NCBI GenBank assembly: GCA_963701185.1 | Contig: OY969569.1 | Coordinates: 795,548 to 859,547 of the forward strand | Origin: Candidatus Gottesmanbacteria bacterium | GTDB lineage: Bacteria > Patescibacteriota > Microgenomatia > UBA10105 > UBA927 | Length of the DNA stretch: 64,000 bases | Direction: 5' to 3' | In this document: positions 1 through 9,052 of the stretch, piece after piece | Layout: each line of letters begins with the position of its first letter | How positions within the stretch are numbered: the first letter of the stretch is position 1 | Program-made: the position numbers and the translations under genes | Notes under the pieces: generated by a model | Database searches by the model: none | What the model saw: only the letters and a program-made list of their open reading frames with translations | Told to the model about the DNA's origin: nothing

Positions 1-82
1 TATTATAACCTCTTTTCACCACAAGGTCAACCGTCCACTTGACAAGTAATCGATCCTAGCTTATTATAATAATAAGTCCACT

Positions 83-769
83 ATGGCAAAACCGATTCTT
101 CGTAAAAAAGCTCGACTATTGCGTAAAAACGGATTTGGAGTAAAAACAATTGCCTATAAACTCCACGTTTCATCGAGCACCGTCAGTCAGTGGTGTAAAG
201 ACATTGAACTTACTCCTTTACAGATTGCCACTCTTGAAAAACGCCAACATGATCCTTTTTATGGACGTAGGCTTGCGTACGTAAAAGCGCAACAAAAGAA
301 ACGACAAGATAAAACTCTTGATCTGTTACATCGGGGGGTAAAAGACGTGGGTAAATTATCCAAACGCGAACTGTTTATTTCAGGTATCAGCCTCTATTGG
401 GCAGAGGGATTCAAAAAAGATAACCAAGTCGGATTCGCCAACTCCGACCCTACTATGACCCAATATTTTATCTTATGGCTCGAACAATGTTGTGATGTCA
501 ATAAAAATGCATTAAAACTTCGCGTCGGCGTCAACGAATCATACCGCGATAAAATTCAGGAAATCGAGTCCTTTTGGTCCAAAGCACTCAATATTCCAAC
601 AAGACAATTTCAAAAACCTTTTTTCCAACGTGTCCAATGGAAAAAACAATATGACCATCCAGAGAACTATCATGGTGTTTTACGCATCAGAGTAGCAAAA
701 AGCACGGATTTTTTGCGAAAAATCAATGGCTGGATTGAAGGCTTGAAACACAATTCTCTTGCTGGTTAA
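83..769 (+). CDS. HTH domain protein with a LAGLIDADG-like (homing-endonuclease-fold) C-terminal region
   Basis: N-terminal resolvase-like HTH ('GFGVKTIAYKLHVSSSTVSQW'). Downstream 'ISGISLYWAEGFKKDN' resembles a single LAGLIDADG motif. Lies next to tRNA-Met and a tyrosine recombinase. Confidence 0.4.
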   Translation: MAKPILRKKARLLRKNGFGVKTIAYKLHVSSSTVSQWCKDIELTPLQIATLEKRQHDPFYGRRLAYVKAQQKKRQDKTLDLLHRGVKDVGKLSKRELFISGISLYWAEGFKKDNQVGFANSDPTMTQYFILWLEQCCDVNKNALKLRVGVNESYRDKIQEIESFWSKALNIPTRQFQKPFFQRVQWKKQYDHPENYHGVLRIRVAKSTDFLRKINGWIEGLKHNSLAG

Positions 770-973
770 ATATAATTATGCGAAAAAAAACATCAGAAAA
801 ATTCAAGAAAAACATACTATTTTGAGGGTAAAGATTCGCCAAAGGACTCGTGGCGAAGACACGTGGGACCAAACAAAAAAATTCAGATGATGAAAACTCA
901 AAAAACTTCTCTGCCTGATGACATATTAGAATAATTTGACATCTATTCCTGCCTTCCGTACAGTTAATCTAGG

Positions 974-1540
974 ATGAAAAAGAAAAGTATTAAACGATAT
1001 GTCATCGGTATCTTCCTCCTCGTTACTTTAAACCTCGTTGTCCTCGATTATTTTTTCATAAAAACCTATATCAACGAGCGATACGTTTTGGGAGATGCGA
1101 CAACTGCTGCTGCGGCTTCCTGCCCGTCCGGATGCCTCACGGCAATCAACAAACTCGCAGGAACAACCGCATCAACATCTGTTGCCAAAGAATATTTTAT
1201 TCCGTTGGGCACCGGCACCAATGCCGCAAGCGATTGGACGGATGTCGTGGGCGCATCGGCTACCGTGGATACCGCGCAATATCCAAAGATTAAAAAAGTG
1301 GTATTTGAGGCAACGGTTTCTGTGCCTACCGGCGCGGCATATGTCCGCCTGTTCAATGCCACTGATAAACATCCGGTCTGGTTTTCGGAATTATCCATGA
1401 ATACCAGCGGGCCGACATTGCTCACCACTCAAGCAATTACACTCGACCGCGGGAGCAAGCTCTATCAGGTACAGATGAAAACACAACTTAAATATCCGGC
1501 AAACCTCAACCAATCCCGCATCCACATTACCACGTATTAA
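974..1540 (+). CDS. hypothetical membrane-anchored/exported protein
   Basis: ORF with an N-terminal hydrophobic anchor (IGIFLLVTLNLVVL) and a Thr/Ala-rich extracellular part. No recognisable domain. Confidence 0.4.
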   Translation: MKKKSIKRYVIGIFLLVTLNLVVLDYFFIKTYINERYVLGDATTAAAASCPSGCLTAINKLAGTTASTSVAKEYFIPLGTGTNAASDWTDVVGASATVDTAQYPKIKKVVFEATVSVPTGAAYVRLFNATDKHPVWFSELSMNTSGPTLLTTQAITLDRGSKLYQVQMKTQLKYPANLNQSRIHITTY

Positions 1541-1580
1541 TTGTTTTTGCGCCTCAAAACCGGTAAAATAAGACTCTGAC

Positions 1581-1652
1581 GTCAGGGTAGCTCAGTGGTA
1601 GAGCGGCAGTATCATAAACTGCATGTCGAGAGTCCGATCCTCTCCCCTGACA
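1581..1652 (+). tRNA. tRNA-Met (anticodon CAT), CCA not encoded
   Basis: Hand-folded cloverleaf. Acceptor GTCAGGG/CCCTGAC, D-arm GCTC-AGTGGTA-GAGC, anticodon stem GCAGT/ACTGC with loop AT-CAT-AA, T-arm GAGAG-TCCGATC-CTCTC, discriminator A. Total 72 nt. It lacks the three consecutive G-C pairs of an initiator tRNA, so it is an elongator Met or an Ile2 (lysidine) tRNA. Confidence 0.8.
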
Positions 1653-2015
1653 CTAAAAAAACAGACTCCACCACTGTTTCCACGAAGGTAAATCCTGCGG
1701 GGTCTTTTGATTACCGGTTTTCACGTTCTGCGTTCTGTCCATAATGACCACCGTCTCCCCGGGGCGGACCAGTCCCAGTTTATCCCGCGCCTCCTGCTCA
1801 ATAAATGCCGGACTGGTAGCCTCCAAAAGCTGTTCGTTAAGCCGACTGTTTTCGGCAAGAAGCCCGTGAAGCACCCCTTGACGCTCGCTGATAATCCCTT
1901 TTTTTTGCGAGAGCGTATAGACGGATCGGACAATCCCGATCCCCATGGTAATGAGAATGACCAGAATCATACCCCGAATCAGTTTTCTTCCCATATTTTG
2001 CTCCCTTGAAATCAA
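1653..2015 (-). CDS. ftsB: septum formation initiator (FtsB/DivIC-like) protein
   Basis: Short protein with an N-terminal TM helix (MILVILITMGIGIV) followed by a coiled coil and an 'EQEARDKLGLVRPGETVV' motif typical of FtsB/DivIC. The real start is probably the internal Met near 1994. Confidence 0.55.
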   Translation of the reverse strand: MISREQNMGRKLIRGMILVILITMGIGIVRSVYTLSQKKGIISERQGVLHGLLAENSRLNEQLLEATSPAFIEQEARDKLGLVRPGETVVIMDRTQNVKTGNQKTPQDLPSWKQWWSLFF

Positions 2016-2051
2016 GCGTGTTCAATGATATTATAGGACTCTAACATCTTT

Positions 2052-2912
2052 ATGGCACTTGATCTCAAAACTTCCCATACGCAATTCACCGAATACCTTG
2101 AAAGCCGCAGACGCGCCCGCGCTACTATCGTAGCATACGGTAAAGACATCGAACAGGTGACCACATTTCTTGCCAATATGGGCAAGAAAACGATCCACGA
2201 CGTCAGTCGGGATGAGCTTGAGGCGTTTTTGAAGAAGCTTGCCGCCGACCGCTATACGCCAAAATCGATCTCGCGCAAGATTAACTCCATAAAGACCTTT
2301 TTCCGATTTTTAAAGGCCTCCGGCGCCGTTTCGATGGATCCGGCAATCGAGATAGCTCACCCCAAATATGAGGTCAAACCCCCGAGGATTTTGTCAAAAA
2401 TTGAATACCGGGCTCTGCGGGACGCATGCCGCGGCGACATACGTATGTACGCCATCGTTGAGCTGTTTTTGCAAACCGGCATCCGGATTGGTGAGCTTGC
2501 CGCCCTCAGCCTTGCCGATGTCAAGGATAGTGAACTTCATATTGCCGCCCAGGAAGGACATGCAGAGCGCATGGTGCCGCTCAATAAGGCCGCCAAAGAG
2601 GCTTTGGACCGCTATATTGCGGTACGAAGTCCGAAAGCCGCCAGTCCTGCACTCTTTGTCACCAAAACCGGACGGGCGCTCCTGATCCGTAACATCCGCA
2701 CGGCTATTGACCGGTATTTCCGCATTGCAGGCATTGAAGGAGCAAAAGTCAACGATTTGCGCCACACGTTCATTGCCCATCATCTGATGGCGGGAACATC
2801 CATTACCACGCTTTCAAAACTCGTCGGCCACAAACGTCTCTCGACGACCGAGCGCTACCTTGAACTCGTCAAGGACAAAGGCACGGACACGGTTAAATTG
2901 GAAGAATTGTAA
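2052..2912 (+). CDS. xerD: tyrosine site-specific recombinase (XerC/XerD family)
   Basis: N-terminal SAM-like core-binding domain. C-terminal catalytic motifs are 'LRHTFIAHHLMAGTSITTLSKLVGHKRLSTTERYLEL' with the R..HxxR..Y signature. Confidence 0.8.
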   Translation: MALDLKTSHTQFTEYLESRRRARATIVAYGKDIEQVTTFLANMGKKTIHDVSRDELEAFLKKLAADRYTPKSISRKINSIKTFFRFLKASGAVSMDPAIEIAHPKYEVKPPRILSKIEYRALRDACRGDIRMYAIVELFLQTGIRIGELAALSLADVKDSELHIAAQEGHAERMVPLNKAAKEALDRYIAVRSPKAASPALFVTKTGRALLIRNIRTAIDRYFRIAGIEGAKVNDLRHTFIAHHLMAGTSITTLSKLVGHKRLSTTERYLELVKDKGTDTVKLEEL

Positions 2913-2932
2913 ATATACGCTACAATTGCCTC

Positions 2933-5014
2933 ATGGACAAAGCGTATACTCCCCAAACGGTAGAAGCGGCGATTTATACACTCTGGGAAACCGGAGGATA
3001 TTTTTCTCCGAACATGGACGGGTCAAAAATTCCCTTCTCTGTCCTTCTGCCTCCCCCCAACGCCAATGCGGATTTGCATTTGGGTCACGCAATGTACGTG
3101 GTTGAGGATATTATGATCCGCTACCACCGCATGAAGGGCGACCCCACGCTCTGGCTGCCCGGCGCCGACCACGCAGGTTTTGAAACGCAGTTCGTCTATG
3201 AAAAATATCTTGCCAAACAGGATAAAAGCCGCTTCGATTTCGACCGCGGGACGCTTTATAAAAACATCTGGGATTTTGTCGCGGCAAACCGCGGCACGAT
3301 GGAAAACCAACTCCGGCGCCTTGGATTTTCACTTGATTGGTCCAGAAACATTTTTACCCTTGATCCCAAAATTGTCGCCATCGTCTATCAAACATTCAAA
3401 AAATTATTCTATGACGGGCTCGTGTACCGCGATGCGAGACTGGTCAACTACTGCACGAAAGATGGGACGAGCTTCTCTGACCTTGAGGTCAAACATGTGG
3501 AGCGCATTGACCCTCTGTATTACATGAAATATGGGCCGTTTGTCCTCGCCAGCGTCCGGCCGGAAACCAAATTCGGCGATACCGCCGTAGCCGTCAATCC
3601 TAAAGATAAACGCTATACACAGTGGGTCGGCAAGGAAATTACGGTTGAAGGATTATTGGGGCCGTTTAAGGTAGTGGTGGTTGCGGATTCGGCTATTGAT
3701 CCGGCATTCGGCACGGGGGTTGCCAAAGTGACGCCCTTCCATGATATGACGGATTTTCAAATCGCCAAACGCCATAATCTGCCCGCCAAACAGGTCATCG
3801 GTTTTGACGGCAGGCTGACCAAAATCGCCGGCCCGTACGCGGGAATGAAAGTCAAAGCCGCACGGGAACAAATCGTCAAGGATATGGTCGCCCGCGGTCT
3901 CATGGATCACATTGATGAAACCTATACCCATACGGTCGCCACCTGCTACAAATGCGGCAATGTTCTTGAGCCGCTCCCCCTTTCCCAGTGGTATGTCAAA
4001 GTAAAACCACTCGCCGATGAGGCCAAAAAAGTAATAAAAGAAAAGAAAATCACATTTGTTCCCAAACGCTTTGAAAAAATAGCCAATCAGTGGCTGACTA
4101 ATTTCCATGACTGGAACATAAGCCGCCAGATTGTGTGGGGCATTCGGATTCCGGCCTGGAAATGCGAAGACTGTACGACGCCCGAACAGGAATACTGGGT
4201 TGTTACACAGGGCGAAATTCCGACCAATTGTACCAAGTGCGGCGGCACGCGGCTCACACAGGATATCGATACGTTTGATACGTGGTTTTCTTCCGGCCAA
4301 TGGCCGTTTGCGACACTCAAGGCCAGTGAACCGAGTGATTTTGAATATTTTTACCCGACGTCGGTTATGGAAACCGGCTACGACATTCTCCCCTGGTGGG
4401 TGTGCCGCATGATGATGCTGGGACTCTATATTACCGGCAAAGTACCGTTTAAGACGGTCTATCTTCACGGTTTAGTGCGCGATGCCAAAGGCCAGAAGAT
4501 GAGCAAAAGCAAGGGAAATGTGGTGAATCCCCTCAAGATGGTTGACCAGTACGGCGCCGATGCACTGCGGTTCACGCTCGTTTTCGGAGCGGCGCCGGGA
4601 AGCGATATCGCCGTCTCGGAAGACAAAATCCGCGGCATGCGGAATTTCGCCAATAAAATATGGAATGCATCACGTTTTATCACGTTATTTCAATCTGAAA
4701 CCAAAGAAGGAAAACAAGATAAAGAATGTAATAAAAAAATAAAAGATGTTACGAAAAAAGTCACGTCATATATGGAAAAATATAGATTCAACAATGCCGC
4801 CGAGCTCTTGTATGAAAGTTTTTGGCATTGGTTCTGCGATCAGGCAATCGAGCAGGCAAAAAACGGCGAGATTTCAAAGCGTGCACTTCAAGAAGGATTG
4901 CTGACATACCTCAAACTTCTCCATCCCTTTATGCCGTTTGTGACGGAAGAACTCTATCAGAAAATTCCCGGGTGGGATGGTATCCCTCTTATTGTGTCCC
5001 CGTGGCCTGTGTAA
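2933..5014 (+). CDS. valS: valine--tRNA ligase (short form lacking the long C-terminal coiled coil)
   Basis: Class I aaRS with HIGH motif 'PPPNANADLHLGHA' and KMSKS motif 'KMSKSKGN'. ValRS-type blocks 'WLPGADHAGFETQ' and 'DTFDTWFSSGQWPF' are present. At 693 aa it is shorter than typical ValRS. Confidence 0.75.
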   Translation: MDKAYTPQTVEAAIYTLWETGGYFSPNMDGSKIPFSVLLPPPNANADLHLGHAMYVVEDIMIRYHRMKGDPTLWLPGADHAGFETQFVYEKYLAKQDKSRFDFDRGTLYKNIWDFVAANRGTMENQLRRLGFSLDWSRNIFTLDPKIVAIVYQTFKKLFYDGLVYRDARLVNYCTKDGTSFSDLEVKHVERIDPLYYMKYGPFVLASVRPETKFGDTAVAVNPKDKRYTQWVGKEITVEGLLGPFKVVVVADSAIDPAFGTGVAKVTPFHDMTDFQIAKRHNLPAKQVIGFDGRLTKIAGPYAGMKVKAAREQIVKDMVARGLMDHIDETYTHTVATCYKCGNVLEPLPLSQWYVKVKPLADEAKKVIKEKKITFVPKRFEKIANQWLTNFHDWNISRQIVWGIRIPAWKCEDCTTPEQEYWVVTQGEIPTNCTKCGGTRLTQDIDTFDTWFSSGQWPFATLKASEPSDFEYFYPTSVMETGYDILPWWVCRMMMLGLYITGKVPFKTVYLHGLVRDAKGQKMSKSKGNVVNPLKMVDQYGADALRFTLVFGAAPGSDIAVSEDKIRGMRNFANKIWNASRFITLFQSETKEGKQDKECNKKIKDVTKKVTSYMEKYRFNNAAELLYESFWHWFCDQAIEQAKNGEISKRALQEGLLTYLKLLHPFMPFVTEELYQKIPGWDGIPLIVSPWPV

Positions 5015-5026
5015 TTGTCATTCCCG

Positions 5027-5063
5027 CGAAGGCGGGAATCGGTTTTGGTATTGTCCGAATTAG
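5027..5063. repeat. GC-rich hairpin repeat copy 1 (REP-like / putative bidirectional terminator) between convergent valS and the downstream gene
   Basis: 'GTCATTCCCGCGAAGGCGGGAATCGGTTTTGGTATTG'. Stem ATTCCCGC/GCGGGAAT with loop GAAG. Sits 12 nt after the valS stop and next to the 3' end of the minus-strand gene. Near-identical copies occur at 18709, 47276 and 55864. Confidence 0.7.
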
Positions 5064-5803
5064 TTTCCCGAGGTTGTCGCTGGTGTTGGCGTCGAAGAAA
5101 AATCAAGCGTTGAGATGATCTGGGTGAAGAGCGCGTCGTCGCGAGCCCAATCCGCAGTGACACCAACCGGCGTAAAGTGATTAATTTCCAAAGTGAGAGC
5201 CGGCGTCACTTCAATCATAAACCCGTGCATTTGTGTAAACCCGTAGCCGCCGGTCGTGCGGCCCGAGAATGTACCGGTATATTCAATAGCCGTATGCCCC
5301 GACATAGTCGCATCATGGCTGGTAAATGCCGTCCCTGCAACGTCCGTGATAACCGCACCGCGAAGACTGGATAATGACTGCGTGACAGTTTTGGGCGACA
5401 TTGTCAGTCTTGTGCCGCCCGGCAGATTCGTCCCCTGTGAGATACATCCTGCCACATCGCACGCGGGCGCCATAACATCCGGCGGCAATTTATACGAAAT
5501 TCCGGCGGCGGTATTCGTCCGCCAGTTAGCGAACGGATCCGCAGGTGTGGGGGTTGCGACGATCGGAGTCGGAGTTGGAACCCGGCCGCTCGCATTGTTC
5601 AGACCTGACAAAAATGGTAGGAGGTATGGTGAAAGAACTATGCCGGCAGCGACCAAAAGAATCAACAGGAGAATTGTGAAAACCGGAGAACCGCGGGAGA
5701 GGGCAGGCATCGGCGGAGGTGGAGGTACCTGCGGTTGCGTCGGCTCAGGCATATCCATGGGGATTTCCGGCGTTTCTTCGATAGGAAGCGGAGTATCATT
5801 CAT
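5060..5803 (-). CDS. hypothetical membrane protein (Pro-rich cytoplasmic N-terminus, single TM, extracytoplasmic domain)
   Basis: ORF with 'PQVPPPPPMP' followed by TM 'VFTILLLILLVAAGIVL'. Chosen over the overlapping plus-strand ORF 5256..5876 because its composition is protein-like. Confidence 0.45.
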   Translation of the reverse strand: MNDTPLPIEETPEIPMDMPEPTQPQVPPPPPMPALSRGSPVFTILLLILLVAAGIVLSPYLLPFLSGLNNASGRVPTPTPIVATPTPADPFANWRTNTAAGISYKLPPDVMAPACDVAGCISQGTNLPGGTRLTMSPKTVTQSLSSLRGAVITDVAGTAFTSHDATMSGHTAIEYTGTFSGRTTGGYGFTQMHGFMIEVTPALTLEINHFTPVGVTADWARDDALFTQIISTLDFSSTPTPATTSGN

Positions 5804-5857
5804 AACTCTATTGTTCCATGGTCCCCGCAGGGTGTCAACGCGAAAATTCTCCGGTTT

Positions 5858-6421
5858 TTATGCTCTCTCGAGGTAGGTTCCTGTTTCCGGATCGATGGCA
5901 ATCGTTTCGCCTTCTTTAATGAAGAGCGGCACGGTGACGACAGCACCGGTCTCGACAATCACGGTTTTGGTTGCCCCCGATACGGTATTACCCTTGGCGC
6001 CTTCCGTGGCCTCGGTTACCTTGAGGCGCACTTTTTTGGGGAACCGCAGTCCCACGGCTTCTTCACCATTCACCAACACCTGGTAGACATCGTTGGGTTT
6101 TAAATAATTAACATAAATACCTAACATGGCGGCGGGAATGTTGTACTGTTCGTAGGACGTATTGTCCATAAACACATAATTATCGTTTTCTTTGTAGAGA
6201 TACTGCATTTCGCGCGTGGCGATGGATACTTCCGTCACGGATTCGCCGGATTTGTAGGTAAATTCCTGCACCTTGCCGGTTTTCAAAGACTTAAGCCGGG
6301 TCCGCACAAACGCCGAACCCTTCCCGGGATTCACATGAGTCGCCTCCACAATCTGATGGGGTTCGCCTTTGAATTCGATAAATGTACTCTTGGTAAAATC
6401 GCCGGTGGTAATTGTAGCCAT
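5858..6421 (-). CDS. efp: elongation factor P
   Basis: 187 aa with 'FKGEPHQIVEATHVNPGKGSAFVRTRLKSLKTGK'. The conserved Lys sits in the PGKG loop (the beta-lysylation site in the EpmA system). Confidence 0.85.
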   Translation of the reverse strand: MATITTGDFTKSTFIEFKGEPHQIVEATHVNPGKGSAFVRTRLKSLKTGKVQEFTYKSGESVTEVSIATREMQYLYKENDNYVFMDNTSYEQYNIPAAMLGIYVNYLKPNDVYQVLVNGEEAVGLRFPKKVRLKVTEATEGAKGNTVSGATKTVIVETGAVVTVPLFIKEGETIAIDPETGTYLERA

Positions 6422-6428
6422 AGAATCC

Positions 6429-7415
6429 TCAAATTATATCAAATTCTTCGCGGGCTGGGAAGAACAAGGTGTCTGCAATGTCCGTCACACCGGCCAAAAG
6501 CATGACGAGGCGATCAACGCCCACAGCGATGCCGCTGCATTTTGGAAGTCCTACTTTCAGGGCGTCAATAAAATCGTGATCATAATCGTACGTCGTTTTC
6601 CCCAGACGTTTGAGCTCAACAAGTTCTTTTTTAAACCGCTCTTCCTGCTCAACGGGGTCCGTGAGTTCCGAATACGCATCGGCGAGCTCCAAGCCGCCCG
6701 CATACACTTCAAAACGCTCCGCAAATCTCGAGTCACGTTCTTTTTTCTTCGCAAGAGCCGCAAGTACCACCGGAAATTCATACAGAATCGTGGCTGTTTT
6801 CCCCCGTCCTAAATGAGATTCTACTTCGTTTAAGAATATCTGGTTATACTGCTCTTCCCATGTTGTACGCTCGTTGAGCGTATACCCTTTCTTCCGGGCA
6901 ATTTCGGGCGCATGATCAAAAAATTCATCAAAATTCACACCTGCATATTTTTTAAATGCAGCGGCCACGGTGATGCGTTCCCACTGATAATGAAGTCCGA
7001 TATGTGTAAATAACCTTTCACATTCATCCATGATATCGGTATAGTCTGCGCCCGCGCGGTACCACTCAAGAATCGTAAATTCGGGGTTATGGGTCCGGCT
7101 ATGCGTTTCCGTGTTGCGGAAACTTTTGGTAATGGCAAAACAATTACCCAAGCCCGCAACCATGAGCTTCTTTAAAGGAACTTCCGGGGACGTGGAGAGA
7201 TACGCGGGGGTTGCGCGGCGGGCCCGGTCAAGAAGTTTCGTTTCAAATACGTCCAAATATGATTCGGCCGGCGGATGGGCAATGAGGAGGGGCGTTTCTA
7301 TTTCGTGGAACTTCTCTTTTTCAAAAAATGACCGGATCGCACGGATTACCTTTTCGCGGACGAAATACCGCTCCCATAATTCCGGATGATCATGAAGTTT
7401 ACGCCAAGTACTCAT
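6429..7415 (-). CDS. epmA: EF-P--(R)-beta-lysine ligase EpmA (PoxA/GenX; truncated class II LysRS paralogue)
   Basis: 328 aa, about LysRS-catalytic-core length with no anticodon-binding domain. Class II motifs are present ('FHEIETPLL', 'EFTILEWYRAGADY', 'GLELADAYSELTDPVEQEERF', 'GLPKCSGIAVGVDRLVMLL'). Located immediately downstream of efp. Confidence 0.7.
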   Translation of the reverse strand: MSTWRKLHDHPELWERYFVREKVIRAIRSFFEKEKFHEIETPLLIAHPPAESYLDVFETKLLDRARRATPAYLSTSPEVPLKKLMVAGLGNCFAITKSFRNTETHSRTHNPEFTILEWYRAGADYTDIMDECERLFTHIGLHYQWERITVAAAFKKYAGVNFDEFFDHAPEIARKKGYTLNERTTWEEQYNQIFLNEVESHLGRGKTATILYEFPVVLAALAKKKERDSRFAERFEVYAGGLELADAYSELTDPVEQEERFKKELVELKRLGKTTYDYDHDFIDALKVGLPKCSGIAVGVDRLVMLLAGVTDIADTLFFPAREEFDII

Positions 7416-7467
7416 GAATAGATTGTACTACGGCGCTTTATAATTTCAAAGCTTAGCTTTAAAATAA

Positions 7468-8130
7468 TTAAAATAATAACGTGTTAAAAAGTGATACAAC
7501 CTTCTTTACATCAAGCGTGTATCCTCCTGTTATTTTCTCACTTACCTGGAAGCTCAACCAGTGAGCGGTTGGACTGGCAAATTCAAATTCTAGTCCGGTA
7601 TAATTTTTCTCATTGGATAATAGTTTAGGGTGCTTTGCTAGTTGTTGTCTCACGTGTTCCCCTGTTATTGCTGAATCGCCGGGTTTCCAAATCTCGCACG
7701 GACCAAACGTCATCCACCAATCTACCACACCCAACACGGTTGAGTTCGGTTGTCCAGAAAAAAATGTTCCGGTTTGCGCATGTAACGATTTCCCCAATGC
7801 CCGAACTACCGCTGGAAATGACGTGTTACCGAATTCCTGTATAACGGATAAATATAGAAGCAAAAACTCGTGCGGATCACGTGCGTTTTTCAGTTGGGGC
7901 GAGTGCTGGATACCGAAGTAAAAATCATGCCCATCTTTGGTTTTATAAAATAATTCCACTGCCACAATCTCGGGGCGTTTTCCTAAAAATTCATTCACGC
8001 GCGCCTCACTATATTCAAACTGAGAAATGGGAATCCTCCATGCATTTTCCCATCTACGATTAACCGCCATTTGAAGCTTATATGGGGTAGAAACCAACAA
8101 ATTGGCTACTGACTCAATAAGTGTAGCCAT
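7468..8130 (-). CDS. hypothetical protein
   Basis: ORF 7468..8190 trimmed to the internal Met (MATLIESV) to remove the overlap with the upstream small gene. No recognisable domain. Confidence 0.35.
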   Translation of the reverse strand: MATLIESVANLLVSTPYKLQMAVNRRWENAWRIPISQFEYSEARVNEFLGKRPEIVAVELFYKTKDGHDFYFGIQHSPQLKNARDPHEFLLLYLSVIQEFGNTSFPAVVRALGKSLHAQTGTFFSGQPNSTVLGVVDWWMTFGPCEIWKPGDSAITGEHVRQQLAKHPKLLSNEKNYTGLEFEFASPTAHWLSFQVSEKITGGYTLDVKKVVSLFNTLLF

Positions 8131-8140
8131 ATGTATGAGC

Positions 8141-8386
8141 TTATCGTGACCGACGCGCTGTCTTTTTACCGCTAAATGCGCGGGCGACAAAAATAAGATA
8201 GATGATCTCCAGTATTCCCAGGGTATGAACCAACAGGAAAAGGATAAACCACCATTTCTCCTGGCGACGGGCGGCGTGCCAGAGCGCTAGTCCCGTCCAA
8301 AGCAAAGACCAGATTGCAAAAGGGATCACTCCCCACCCGAACCAACCGGTGGACATCATCGAACCGTTTCCTAAATACCACGGCAT
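8141..8386 (-). CDS. small membrane protein (2 TM, Trp-rich)
   Basis: 81 aa with two clear TM helices. An AGGAGG RBS on the minus strand precedes the ATG. Confidence 0.4.
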   Translation of the reverse strand: MPWYLGNGSMMSTGWFGWGVIPFAIWSLLWTGLALWHAARRQEKWWFILFLLVHTLGILEIIYLIFVARAFSGKKTARRSR

Positions 8387-8389
8387 ATC

Positions 8390-9046
8390 TTATTCCTCCT
8401 TTATATTTATTGATTGTAGCACAGTGGGGGTAACGGGTTTGGAGTCCTCCCCTATTCCGTTATCTGTGACGGGCGCCGATGCGATAGCATCGAGCGTGGC
8501 GAGACTGGCCGTATCAGACGGATTGATCGCCCCGAAAATAACGTATTGTTTGGGCAACGGATAATCCTTGTGCATGATGAAAAACTGGCTTCCATTGGTG
8601 TTGGGACCGCTGTTGGCCATGGCAATCGTGCCGCGGGTATACTCACGGGTAATCGGCTCATCGACAAACGAATACCCCGGGCCGCCCGTCCCGTTCCCCT
8701 TCGGGTCGCCGCCCTGGATCATAAAGCCTTTCATGACGCGGTGGAAAATCGTGTTGGCGTAAAATCCTGCGCGCGCCAGTACGACAAAGTTATTGACCGT
8801 CACCGGCGTATCTTTGGCAAATAACCCGACAACCATTGTCCCTTTATCCGTTACGATTGTTGCCGTATACGTTTTATTGGAATCTATGGCCATTGCCGGC
8901 GGGCTGTTATATTGTTTTGTCATAGGTGTTTCCTCAACTTGTTTTACTTTTGTCGGTGACGGACTTTTTGTGGCAGATTTCCAAATAAATACTCCGCCCA
9001 CAGTCACGACTACTAATAGAATCGCAAGGATATACGTTTTCTTCAT
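8390..9046 (-). CDS. ppiB: peptidyl-prolyl cis-trans isomerase, cyclophilin type, membrane-anchored
   Basis: 'FHRVMKGFMIQGGDP', 'GTIAMANSGPNTNGSQFFIMHKD' and an N-terminal TM anchor. Confidence 0.85.
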   Translation of the reverse strand: MKKTYILAILLVVVTVGGVFIWKSATKSPSPTKVKQVEETPMTKQYNSPPAMAIDSNKTYTATIVTDKGTMVVGLFAKDTPVTVNNFVVLARAGFYANTIFHRVMKGFMIQGGDPKGNGTGGPGYSFVDEPITREYTRGTIAMANSGPNTNGSQFFIMHKDYPLPKQYVIFGAINPSDTASLATLDAIASAPVTDNGIGEDSKPVTPTVLQSINIKEE

Positions 9047-9052
9047 GCCTAG

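Noticed and set aside
4957-5166. ORFs containing the peptide 'TDSRLRGND' (4957..5166 -, 47270..47626 -, 55817..56077 +, 55695..56006 -)
   Set aside because: The shared peptide is simply the translation of the dispersed GC-rich hairpin repeat. These ORFs span intergenic hairpins and gene ends and are not genes.
5256-5876. 206-aa plus-strand ORF overlapping the minus-strand membrane-protein gene
   Set aside because: Arg/Pro-rich shadow-frame composition with no signal, while the opposite-strand ORF has a coherent Pro-rich/TM/domain architecture. Treated as an antisense shadow ORF.
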